Notes under the pieces: model-generated
The model's input: the letters and a program-made list of their open reading frames with translations, nothing else
What the model was told of the DNA's origin: nothing
The model's database searches: none
Virus record (IMG/VR): IMGVR_UViG_3300021964_000012
Coordinates: 1 to 64,000 of that record
Reading direction: 5' to 3' (one strand)
DNA length: 64,000 nt
Position numbers and translations under genes: made by a program
Shown: positions 39,396-48,251 of the stretch, piece after piece
Layout: every line of letters begins with the position of its first letter
Numbering within the stretch: the first letter of the stretch is position 1

Positions 39396-40228
39396 AACAC
39401 ACACGAACAAGATATCATCGAAACTTTGCCTATTGGAAAAATGACGAAGTTATTGGAAAAAATCTTAGAGAGTATGGCGAATATCAGCAAAAAGAAATTG
39501 ATCTATTAGTTGGTTTATTAAACAGTGTAAATAGCAAACAAAAAGTGGTTTGGGACATTGGTGCCAACATAGGAGTTCATACTATGGCATTTTCTAAACA
39601 TAGTACTTTTGTTTGCAGTTGGGAAGCAAATCCACAAAACTTCAAACTACTACAAATGAATACACAAGGAAAACTTGCTCCAAATGTAAAAGTACACAAT
39701 GTTGCTATTAGCAATGGTAAAAAAGACACAATACAAATACAAGACTTTGATCAGTCTAAGTCTAGTAACAAAGGTGAATTATCAATTGTAGAAAAAGGTG
39801 GAGTAGAAATTTCAGCAAGAAGCATCGACAGTTATATGATGAATTATCCTCTTCCTAGTTTGATAAAAATTGATGTAGAAGGTCATGAACTTGAAGTACT
39901 GCAAGGTGCACTTGTAATGCTAAAAACAGTAAAACCAATATTGTATTTTGAAACTGCTGATAAAGTGAGTTATGCAGAACATATAACATTTCTTAAAGAT
40001 CTTGAATATCGCATGTGGTGGTTTGCATGTCCTAATTTTAATAAAAATAATTATAATAAAAATGACAATAATACCTGGGGTAGAAGTGTTATCTGTAGTA
40101 TACTCGCAATACACAAGGATGTGGTTGGATTAAATACTATAGAATTGCAAGAAGTAATTGATGCCGACGATCATTGGTTAAAGATGGATTGGGATTACGA
40201 TACAGGACTTACAAGAGCAATAGAATGA
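39386..40228 (+). CDS. FkbM-family SAM-dependent methyltransferase
   Basis: WDIGANIGVHT, LIKIDVEGHELEVLQGA. Confidence 0.88.
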   Translation: MQLEHTRTRYHRNFAYWKNDEVIGKNLREYGEYQQKEIDLLVGLLNSVNSKQKVVWDIGANIGVHTMAFSKHSTFVCSWEANPQNFKLLQMNTQGKLAPNVKVHNVAISNGKKDTIQIQDFDQSKSSNKGELSIVEKGGVEISARSIDSYMMNYPLPSLIKIDVEGHELEVLQGALVMLKTVKPILYFETADKVSYAEHITFLKDLEYRMWWFACPNFNKNNYNKNDNNTWGRSVICSILAIHKDVVGLNTIELQEVIDADDHWLKMDWDYDTGLTRAIE

Positions 40229-40539
40229 CCAAAGAAAACGATTTAAGACAACGTGTAATAGAATCACTTCAAACAGTATTTGATCCTGAGATGCCCAGTA
40301 TAAGTGTTTACGATTTAGGTTTAATCTATAAGATAGAGATCAAAGGTGACTGGGTTGGCATAGAACATACACTAACTAGTATGGCATGTCCTTTTGCAGA
40401 TCAAATTTGTGCCGATATAGAACATGCAGTTATTAGTACACCTGGCGTGCGTGCTATTGATAGACAATTGGTATTTGAACCTATTTTTACAATAGAAATG
40501 GTTCCTGAAGAAACCAAACTAATAATGGGCTGGTACTAA
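40225..40539 (+). CDS. SufT/DUF59-type Fe-S cluster assembly protein
   Basis: LQTVFDPEM..VYDLGLIY..TLTSMACP; start reassigned to 40225 (ATGA overlap). Confidence 0.85.
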   Translation: MTKENDLRQRVIESLQTVFDPEMPSISVYDLGLIYKIEIKGDWVGIEHTLTSMACPFADQICADIEHAVISTPGVRAIDRQLVFEPIFTIEMVPEETKLIMGWY

Positions 40540-40655
40540 TGGATACAAGAATGATTTTTGCCTTACTTGCATTGCCGTTATTATCATACATTGGTTACTA
40601 TGTTGGTTTAGAACTTTGGTGCTATGTTTACGGGATTATCTATCCAATTGTATAA
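40539..40655 (+). CDS. Small membrane protein, 38 aa
   Basis: MDTRMIFALLALPLLSYIGYYVGLELWCYVYGIIYPIV; TAATG coupling; overlaps the convergent gene. Confidence 0.45.
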   Translation: MDTRMIFALLALPLLSYIGYYVGLELWCYVYGIIYPIV

Positions 40656-41297
40656 TTCTTCCGCTATCTTTTCATGACCAAGTTCACTTGGATGACCATC
40701 ACCTGAAATAAAGTTGTCATTTGTATAGCTTATTTGTGTAAGGTTTCCAATGGTACCGGGGACTAATTCTCCTGATTTTCCATTGGCAGCAAGTAGCTCC
40801 ATTGCATTTTCTTTAGCATTTTTGTAAAAACGCGATTTGTCAATTTCTGGCACCAGTGTCGGATGCTGCCAACCAAGCAGATAGGTGTCTCGAATATGGT
40901 ATTTGGTGCAAAGATTTTGTAAAATATACAAGGTGTTGTTAAGGTGCCATTCACCTAGTTTATTTGTGTATACCAATCTATAATAGAGTTTATCTCTATC
41001 GTTTTGTGGATGCATTTCGATTGCCTTACCACTTTCATCAAGTGCTATTTGTCTTTCTAAAGCAGTGATAAAAAATATTGCACTATAGGTATGGTCTTTT
41101 TGATAGTCATTCTCAAGGAATTTTCTTAATTGAAATAGCATATGATGTACACTGCTTGAACCTTGACTAAGATCAATTAATTCGCAATTGAGTCTTCTTG
41201 CTAGTATACCTGCATATATTTTTTCTGGCGGATATAGTCCTCCAATTGCCTGACCAGTGGCCCAACTGTCGCCAAAGTTTAGTAGATAGTGTGTCAA
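40608..41297 (-). CDS. SGNH/GDSL-like hydrolase or acyl-transfer protein
   Basis: FGDSW near the N-terminus and DGHPSELGH..IA near the C-terminus. Confidence 0.6.
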   Translation of the reverse strand: MTHYLLNFGDSWATGQAIGGLYPPEKIYAGILARRLNCELIDLSQGSSSVHHMLFQLRKFLENDYQKDHTYSAIFFITALERQIALDESGKAIEMHPQNDRDKLYYRLVYTNKLGEWHLNNTLYILQNLCTKYHIRDTYLLGWQHPTLVPEIDKSRFYKNAKENAMELLAANGKSGELVPGTIGNLTQISYTNDNFISGDGHPSELGHEKIAEELYNWIDNPVNIAPKF

Positions 41298-42325
41298 AGA
41301 TAGGTTTCCAATTCACCTTTACGTCTAATGTCTTGTGTACAACAACTAACGCCACCGTCCCAAAAGTAGCTGTGTCTAAGTTCTGAAATAATTGGGTTTA
41401 TACGATGCTTTTCACAGAAATCAAATACCTGTTTATTGTAGGCACTGAATATAACATTCTCTTCGTCTAGTACTAAGCAGTTTACATCAAATACAGTATC
41501 GCTTACATACCCAACCCATTCTTTGAGATAGGTATCAACAAATTTTGTAAACTCAGGTGTAGGAGTTTGTCCTTGTACATACCAAGCACCATTGAAGTTT
41601 TCTTCTTTGAATTTACCTACTGCCATTGCATGCCATATTGTGCTAGATTCAAGTTTACTAACTTCCCAACCTGGAAAGTCTGAGTCTAGGTCCAATTGGT
41701 CGTCCCATTTACTACTCAATATCACACCAGGCTTTAGAATTGCAAATACTGCATCGCCATGTCCATCTGTGATTGCTTCATGAAAACGATATCGACTGTC
41801 TAAACAATTTTCTTGTATCCAACGACTTTGATCTGGTTTAAGATAATCACTATTATCAAAGAATATATCGGTCCCACAACGTACTATACAACTTGCACTT
41901 GCACCGGCTACAACACAATCTGGATCATGTGCTAAAAACTCGCCATGAGGATTAATCACTGCATCACCATATTCAGCACAAATATCATCTAATTCAAGTA
42001 CTCTGAGAACACGTAACAGTTTGTCACCTAAGGTGATTTGCCAATCTCTTGGCGTTAAAGGCGGCAACGGTGCACCATTGTCTTTTATATTGAAATATTG
42101 AAAATCTTCTTTGCTAATCAGACCAGGACGTTTAACAAGTGCACCATATTGCTCGCAGGTCTTTTGTAAATTATCTAAGTCTTCATTTGTTTCATCTAAT
42201 ATCTGCCCTAATTGATCTCGTACTGTAGAGTTGTTAATAAAATCAAAATAATCTGGAGTGTATGCTCTACCTACTATAACTTCTTCTAGAGGTTGCCAAC
42301 TGGTGTAACTATTTACTTTGGACAT
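41294..42325 (-). CDS. Amidinotransferase (AGAT/StrB1-like)
   Basis: VNSYTSWQPLEEVIVG, PRD, GHGD, C-terminal GGVSCCTQDIRR. Confidence 0.85.
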   Translation of the reverse strand: MSKVNSYTSWQPLEEVIVGRAYTPDYFDFINNSTVRDQLGQILDETNEDLDNLQKTCEQYGALVKRPGLISKEDFQYFNIKDNGAPLPPLTPRDWQITLGDKLLRVLRVLELDDICAEYGDAVINPHGEFLAHDPDCVVAGASASCIVRCGTDIFFDNSDYLKPDQSRWIQENCLDSRYRFHEAITDGHGDAVFAILKPGVILSSKWDDQLDLDSDFPGWEVSKLESSTIWHAMAVGKFKEENFNGAWYVQGQTPTPEFTKFVDTYLKEWVGYVSDTVFDVNCLVLDEENVIFSAYNKQVFDFCEKHRINPIISELRHSYFWDGGVSCCTQDIRRKGELETYL

Positions 42326-43200
42326 ATTAATATATCATTGCTTTCTTTGTTTAAGAACAATTGTTGATTATGTATGAGATCATCTTTGCAATCCACATAC
42401 ATACTGTGCGTCTTTTTTGATTTTGCAATTCTACACATTTCTGTACATACTGCCTTCCAACGTTCAGTTGCATCTTCAATCTCATCATATGAATGATCAA
42501 CTACATGATCAAATGTTTTATATCCCATTTCACGTAATTGAGTTACTGACCCCATTGCCCCTGCTAAGACAAATGGTTGACAGTTTTTAATTGCTCTAAA
42601 AACTTTTTCAGTTAATCTGACAGGACCGTTGAGATCACTTTCTATAACAAAATTAAAGTAAGCATCACTGTGATGCAGTCCTACTGTGTATTTCATGTCT
42701 GCATGTTCGTCTGGTGTCAATAAGTCACAATGAAAAGGAGCCATTTTTAAAAAAAATTCTGTATGATGTTTTAGACTTCCTAAGTTGCTAGTATCAATTG
42801 GGTTTATATCATCTTCCACAGTGATTCGATTGTTATATCCAAAGTATCCTTTCTTGTGTAAACCTTTACTCCATAATCTTGCCATTGTGTATGCACGCCA
42901 TTGTCTGTGTGTGCGGACAAGTGCAGTAAAATTCTTGCTCCGTTCTTGAGTATGAAATACAGTAGGCATACTTCTATTACGATGGCGGTAAAGCAGTTCA
43001 TCGCTACACGTATAGGTAATACCTGCGAGATCACGACTTTTAGTGGATTTTTCGATAAAATGTAAATTTTCTGCCTTAAAACCTGCTCGTACAGCATCAG
43101 CACTAACATTTTTTACTAATAAATTTTCTGGTAATAAAAAATAAAGATTTGTAATGTTTTTAAACATAATAGTTTCAGCTAGATCTGTTATCAAATCCAT
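42313..43200 (-). CDS. TEK-motif putative glycosyltransferase 3
   Basis: YFNFVIES..LTEKVFRAI..PFV..LREMGYKTF..DHSYD. Confidence 0.55.
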   Translation of the reverse strand: MDLITDLAETIMFKNITNLYFLLPENLLVKNVSADAVRAGFKAENLHFIEKSTKSRDLAGITYTCSDELLYRHRNRSMPTVFHTQERSKNFTALVRTHRQWRAYTMARLWSKGLHKKGYFGYNNRITVEDDINPIDTSNLGSLKHHTEFFLKMAPFHCDLLTPDEHADMKYTVGLHHSDAYFNFVIESDLNGPVRLTEKVFRAIKNCQPFVLAGAMGSVTQLREMGYKTFDHVVDHSYDEIEDATERWKAVCTEMCRIAKSKKTHSMYVDCKDDLIHNQQLFLNKESNDILICPK

Positions 43201-44249
43201 TTTGCCATCATTCCTTGTAGTTCATTCCATAAGAGTTTTTCAAAATCTGCACTGTAAAACCAATTGTAGTTGTGCTCTACAATGCTATTTACTGCGGTTT
43301 GCAAGGTGGTCTTTTCTTTTTGACTCATATTATTAATGTCTTGTAACAGTTTGCCTATCTCATATGTGCGAACTGAATCATCTGCTTCATCGTATGATTC
43401 GTCCCAAAATTCACTAAATGTTTTAAAACCATATCTACGCAAATACTCTAAGCTACCTTTGCAACTCTGTATTATAAAAGGTTGTTGCATTACAATTGGT
43501 TTGAAAGATTTTTCTGTTAGATGATTTTTACGTCCTCGATATACTGTTTCAGTAACTATGTGTATCAGACTATTGTTTGCTTGTTCCCATAAATCAATTT
43601 GATGGCTCTTTGCCGCATAACCTGACCCGTTATCTATCATTAAGGGTAGTCGAACCTGAGGACAATCTAAATCATACTTTACACATAATAATTGTAAACT
43701 TTGTCCTTCGTATGGACATACGTCTGGAAATGATATTAAATTTTTATCAAGTAAATCTCGCCCAACAAACTGTTGAAGCATTTCAATACGATGTTTACGT
43801 TCTCCACCAATTATGTTGTTAGGACAAAGAAAAGTATTATAAGGCTTGCGTTCTGAAAATTTTTGTGCTATACTAGTTCTATTATAACCTCGATACCAAT
43901 CAAGTGCAGCCCAGCCATGAAAGAAATAGTAGTCCATTTCAAGACCATAAGTATCTTTGGCCCAAGAAGCATCTTCGCTGTTGTATTCGCTCGTAACAAG
44001 TCTACATTTGTTTGTATGCAAATAAAGTGGTTTGAACTGGTCAATAAATGGTATAAATCTATTACGATAAATTGGTTCTTGATCCCACATTATAATTCTA
44101 TTATTAGGAACGCCATGTACTGCCGGCTTGTTACAAATATCCTTAAAATCTGTACTACCAAATGGGTCAAACCAATGGAGTCCTGTACTGGGTATGTTTT
44201 TAACAACTGGTACAAAAACACCATCGTAAATTTCATCAATTCTAATCAT
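43191..44249 (-). CDS. TEK-motif putative glycosyltransferase 4
   Basis: IHIVTET..LTEKSFKPI..PFII..LRRYGFKTF..WDESYD. Confidence 0.55.
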   Translation of the reverse strand: MIRIDEIYDGVFVPVVKNIPSTGLHWFDPFGSTDFKDICNKPAVHGVPNNRIIMWDQEPIYRNRFIPFIDQFKPLYLHTNKCRLVTSEYNSEDASWAKDTYGLEMDYYFFHGWAALDWYRGYNRTSIAQKFSERKPYNTFLCPNNIIGGERKHRIEMLQQFVGRDLLDKNLISFPDVCPYEGQSLQLLCVKYDLDCPQVRLPLMIDNGSGYAAKSHQIDLWEQANNSLIHIVTETVYRGRKNHLTEKSFKPIVMQQPFIIQSCKGSLEYLRRYGFKTFSEFWDESYDEADDSVRTYEIGKLLQDINNMSQKEKTTLQTAVNSIVEHNYNWFYSADFEKLLWNELQGMMAKWI

Positions 44250-46236
44250 GTTTGATAAATGTTACTCATACAATAAAGATTCTCTTGCACAGTGCAAGAC
44301 TAGGTACTTATGGGTACTAAATAAGCACTGTGATTATTCTAATTTTGACTTTGCCTGGGAGCCGGCTCCCTGGGAAAAAGATTTTAGACATGCTTTTGGA
44401 TCACAGTGGCAAAAGGATTCTGGTACATATCTTGTTCCAAAACATGGGTATACCGAAACAAAATACAATCAAGAACAAACAGTGACACGATTACCTACAC
44501 AGGATAATTGGGATAGCACAGAATTTGAATTTGACTATTCATGGCACCCTGATCCAACAGAGCCAGATTTTATCTATCAATTTGGCACACAATGGCAAAA
44601 AACAGGCGGCCCAAGGTACGTGATTCCTGGTGCTACAAACATAAAATATGTAGATAGTCCTCGCATTAATAAAACATCAGTTGATTTACATTGGGTTGTA
44701 CCTGAAGCAAATATCGAAAACTTTGATTATACATGGCATCCTGACAACACTGAGAAACCTTTCATTTATCAATTTGGCACACAACATCAAAAAACAGGTG
44801 GGCCACGATATGAGGTACCAGGAGCAATCGAAGTCAAGTATGTAGGAGATATTACCACAAAAGTAAAAGCTGTTGCTTCAGGCGTAGTGCTTATTAAACA
44901 TCTTAACAAAGACTTTGTTTATCAAGGTACAATTCCTATTTTAAGTACTACTAGATTTATATCAAACTATCTTGACACACTAATACGTGTTTTGAAAAAG
45001 CTAAATGGTCATGAGTATGTTTGGATAATAAGCGACCTATGCGATTATGAAAACTTTGACTTTAGTTGGCATCCTGAACTATGGCAACACAGCATGTTAC
45101 ATGTATTTCCTAGTAACGAACAAGAGTTTGGTGATACGTTTTTTATTAATGTAGAAAGTTTTTTGGAAAATGCAAAAAACATCAAATTGTTGGAATGGTA
45201 CAATCCTTTAAATTTTGTTCCTTATACAGTAAAACGTAAGGATTGTCCTCAGATAAAGTATGATTCAGACAGTGTAGTTGATGCAGTCTGGAGTCATAAT
45301 TTTCAAGAGCCAGTGGTACAATTTTACAGGTATAAACCAGAGAAACAAGTTACCATTAGTTTATGGCAAGAAAGACTCAGAACAGTTGTTCCTTTAGCAA
45401 AAGGAAGTGAGTGTGTGTTAGTACCTAAAGATGCAAAAAATTATATTAATACACAAGTATATGATTATAAATGGATAGATAAAAAACACAAACCTAAACA
45501 AGCTAGACCACTTGATATTGTTTTTATTAGCAATGATGAAAGCAATGCCGAAAAAAATTGGGAACATCTAATTAAAGTACATAAAGGTCAAAATCGTATT
45601 GTCAGAGTAGATGGAGTAAAAGGCAGAGCAGAAGCATATCGTGCTAGTTTAGAAGCAAGTAACACCGACTGGGCATTTTGTGTGTTCGCTAAACTTGAAG
45701 TGAACGCAGATTTTGATTGGACGTGGCAACCAGATAGGTTACAACAAGCAAAGCACTATATATTTCATGCTAAAAATCCTGTAAATGGATTGGTATATGG
45801 ACACATGGCAATGATTGCATATAATAAAAAACTTGTTGCAGTGAACCAATCTCAAGGGTTAGACTTTACACTTGATCAAGAACATGAAGTTGTGCCACTT
45901 CTCAGTGGTATTGCTCGTTATGCTGATGACCCATGGATTGCCTGGCGTAGTGCGTTTCGTGAATGTTTAAAGCTCAAAAATAGTTTGCCCAACATAGAAT
46001 CCAACTACCGTCTTAAACAGTGGTTAAAAGCAGATACAACGTCTGCTGTAGCTGGTTGGAGTGCAATTGGTGCACAAGATGCAGTTGATTACTATGACGC
46101 AGTTGAAGGCAATTTTGCAAAACTGCGTCTAACATACGAATGGGATTGGCTGGCAGAATACCTATTCAAGCAACACAATCTAACACCTGATCAATTATGT
46201 ACTCAACTTCAAGATCAGTCAATTCAGGGTATATAG
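44248..46236 (+). CDS. Multidomain protein: WHP repeats plus C-terminal GT-A-like domain
   Basis: 64-aa tandem repeat FDY.WHPD..FIYQFGTQ.QKTGGPRY; LDIVFISNDE..RVDGVKG..AY. Confidence 0.7.
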   Translation: MFDKCYSYNKDSLAQCKTRYLWVLNKHCDYSNFDFAWEPAPWEKDFRHAFGSQWQKDSGTYLVPKHGYTETKYNQEQTVTRLPTQDNWDSTEFEFDYSWHPDPTEPDFIYQFGTQWQKTGGPRYVIPGATNIKYVDSPRINKTSVDLHWVVPEANIENFDYTWHPDNTEKPFIYQFGTQHQKTGGPRYEVPGAIEVKYVGDITTKVKAVASGVVLIKHLNKDFVYQGTIPILSTTRFISNYLDTLIRVLKKLNGHEYVWIISDLCDYENFDFSWHPELWQHSMLHVFPSNEQEFGDTFFINVESFLENAKNIKLLEWYNPLNFVPYTVKRKDCPQIKYDSDSVVDAVWSHNFQEPVVQFYRYKPEKQVTISLWQERLRTVVPLAKGSECVLVPKDAKNYINTQVYDYKWIDKKHKPKQARPLDIVFISNDESNAEKNWEHLIKVHKGQNRIVRVDGVKGRAEAYRASLEASNTDWAFCVFAKLEVNADFDWTWQPDRLQQAKHYIFHAKNPVNGLVYGHMAMIAYNKKLVAVNQSQGLDFTLDQEHEVVPLLSGIARYADDPWIAWRSAFRECLKLKNSLPNIESNYRLKQWLKADTTSAVAGWSAIGAQDAVDYYDAVEGNFAKLRLTYEWDWLAEYLFKQHNLTPDQLCTQLQDQSIQGI

Positions 46237-47260
46237 GTAAACTAAGCACACGTCGTGAAAGGCTTGTACTGCTGGCAAGCAATGGTTTTACACCATGAAA
46301 TGATCCTATTTCGTTAATACCATATTCATAGTGTACTTTGGAATCTATACCTGCTTGTTGTAAATACTCTTTTATTTTATTTCTATCTGTATTGCAATCA
46401 ATGACAAATTTATGAAAACAATGTTCCTGTAAATTAGAACTATCAATTAAGCATCTAATATCTGACTTTTCGTTTAATCTTTCTATCCAATAAAGACCAA
46501 TTGTTTGTCTGCGTTCTTGCCATTCGTCTATGTATTTGGTTTTAACAAGCATTGTTGCACAGTCTATTTCACTCATACGACTGTTTGTTCCACCAGTAAC
46601 ATGGGCCGACCCATTGGCTCTGTACCATCTTACAAATCTATCTATACTTACAGTGTTGGTAAGCACGGCTCCGCCGTTGGCATAGTTTGCAAGATTCTTT
46701 GTAGGATCAAAACTTATTGCACTGGTGGAGATTCTTTTACAATCCCAACTGAGCCAATGCTGAGCCGCATCTTCTACCAAGATCCAATCGTGTTCTGCAA
46801 CCAAATCTCTAAAACGTTGTGTTTGATAATTCTTTAGACTGTTGCCATACAATCCTACCAAACACACTGCCATTGTGTTGTAGTGATGTGGTTGTATACT
46901 GTCAATATCCAGCATGCCATATGAGTCAGTATCAGCTACCACAACTTCCCATCCTGCTGAAATCCATGAGTTTGCAGTTGCACGATAGGTTAAGTTCGGA
47001 ACGATAACCTGTGGCTTATTGAGATTAAGTTGTTTGTAATGATAACGTGCTATTGCTTCAAGTGCAACTGTACCTGAACCAATTGTAATGGCATGATCAA
47101 CGTTGTTTCGTTTTGCTAACCATGATTCAAATTCTTGTGTGTAGTTGCCATTCATCAGTTGGCCACTACGCAATACTATATCAATGGTATCGAGAACTTC
47201 TGATCTAAGGTTATTATACTGTTTTTTTAGTCCAGTAAACGGAATTTCTAAGCCACTCAT
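46166..47260 (-). CDS. DegT/DnrJ/EryC1/StrS PLP-dependent sugar aminotransferase
   Basis: SGTVAL, EDAAQ, SFDPTKNL (PLP Lys), GGA, NSRMSE, LSLPIYPEL. Confidence 0.92.
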   Translation of the reverse strand: MSGLEIPFTGLKKQYNNLRSEVLDTIDIVLRSGQLMNGNYTQEFESWLAKRNNVDHAITIGSGTVALEAIARYHYKQLNLNKPQVIVPNLTYRATANSWISAGWEVVVADTDSYGMLDIDSIQPHHYNTMAVCLVGLYGNSLKNYQTQRFRDLVAEHDWILVEDAAQHWLSWDCKRISTSAISFDPTKNLANYANGGAVLTNTVSIDRFVRWYRANGSAHVTGGTNSRMSEIDCATMLVKTKYIDEWQERRQTIGLYWIERLNEKSDIRCLIDSSNLQEHCFHKFVIDCNTDRNKIKEYLQQAGIDSKVHYEYGINEIGSFHGVKPLLASSTSLSRRVLSLPIYPELTDLEVEYIIDQVLDCVA

Positions 47261-48251
47261 GGTATAGTTTGATGCCTTCTTCTAAGTTGATTTTTGGATC
47301 AAAGTTCAAATCCGTTTTTGCTTTATCAATGTTTAATGTGCCTCTACTAGGCATATTTGCATCTCGATCATTGATCTCAACTGTGCCTTTGCCTACAATT
47401 TTAACAACTGCGTCTGCGGCTTCTTTTATTGTTTTAGCATCACCTTTAGTTAGATGATAGATGCCAGTTTTACCCTTCAGCAATGCTAAAATCATTCCTT
47501 CGGCTAGATCATCAACATAGGTAAAATCCAATCTCTCATCTTCACCATTTACTGATAGTGTTCTATCTGCTTTAGCATTTAGAATAAATTTTCCTATAAC
47601 TCTATCACAGTTATCCAATGGGCCATAAACTGCACTTGGTCGAACTGTTACATAATCAAGGTTGTGTTGTTTATTAAAGTTTTCTACCAATTTTTCACCA
47701 GCATGTTTCCATATAGCATAACTGCCTTTTGGATCTGGAGTGTGTGTTTCATCAGCAGGAAACGAAAAGTCGCCAAGTACCATGCTTGAACTTACATACA
47801 ATAACCTTTTGATGTTGTGTCTTGCACTGTTTTCCAATATGTTAGCAAGTCCCTGACACATTGTATGTGCAGCTTCTACTGGGTTTTCACTTGCCAACTT
47901 TTCATTTGGAAAACTAGCAAGATGTACAACATAGTCTGGTTTCAATTTTAAGAAAATATCATTTACCAATTCAATTTCAGCAACATCAATTTTGTGAATC
48001 ATTGTGTCATCATCAAATTTTGCCAGTCTTTCATTGTATAGATATTCTAATTCACTTTTGTCTAATAGTCCGTAAGTGGTTAGTGCATCAATTACTTCGA
48101 CTCGATGATTTTGTTTTTGCAACTGTTCAACAACCTTGTGCCCAATGAAGCCAAGACCTCCTGTCACAAGTATTCTTTTTTGTTCAACCTTTACTGCGGT
48201 TTGTTTAGGTTGTCTTGTGATTGATTTTTTCTTTTTTCTATTCTTTGCCAT
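47214..48251 (-). CDS. NAD-dependent epimerase/dehydratase with basic N-terminal extension
   Basis: VTGGLGFIG, YAIWK, VYGP, LDFTYVDD. Confidence 0.9.
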   Translation of the reverse strand: MAKNRKKKKSITRQPKQTAVKVEQKRILVTGGLGFIGHKVVEQLQKQNHRVEVIDALTTYGLLDKSELEYLYNERLAKFDDDTMIHKIDVAEIELVNDIFLKLKPDYVVHLASFPNEKLASENPVEAAHTMCQGLANILENSARHNIKRLLYVSSSMVLGDFSFPADETHTPDPKGSYAIWKHAGEKLVENFNKQHNLDYVTVRPSAVYGPLDNCDRVIGKFILNAKADRTLSVNGEDERLDFTYVDDLAEGMILALLKGKTGIYHLTKGDAKTIKEAADAVVKIVGKGTVEINDRDANMPSRGTLNIDKAKTDLNFDPKINLEEGIKLYHEWLRNSVYWTKKTV

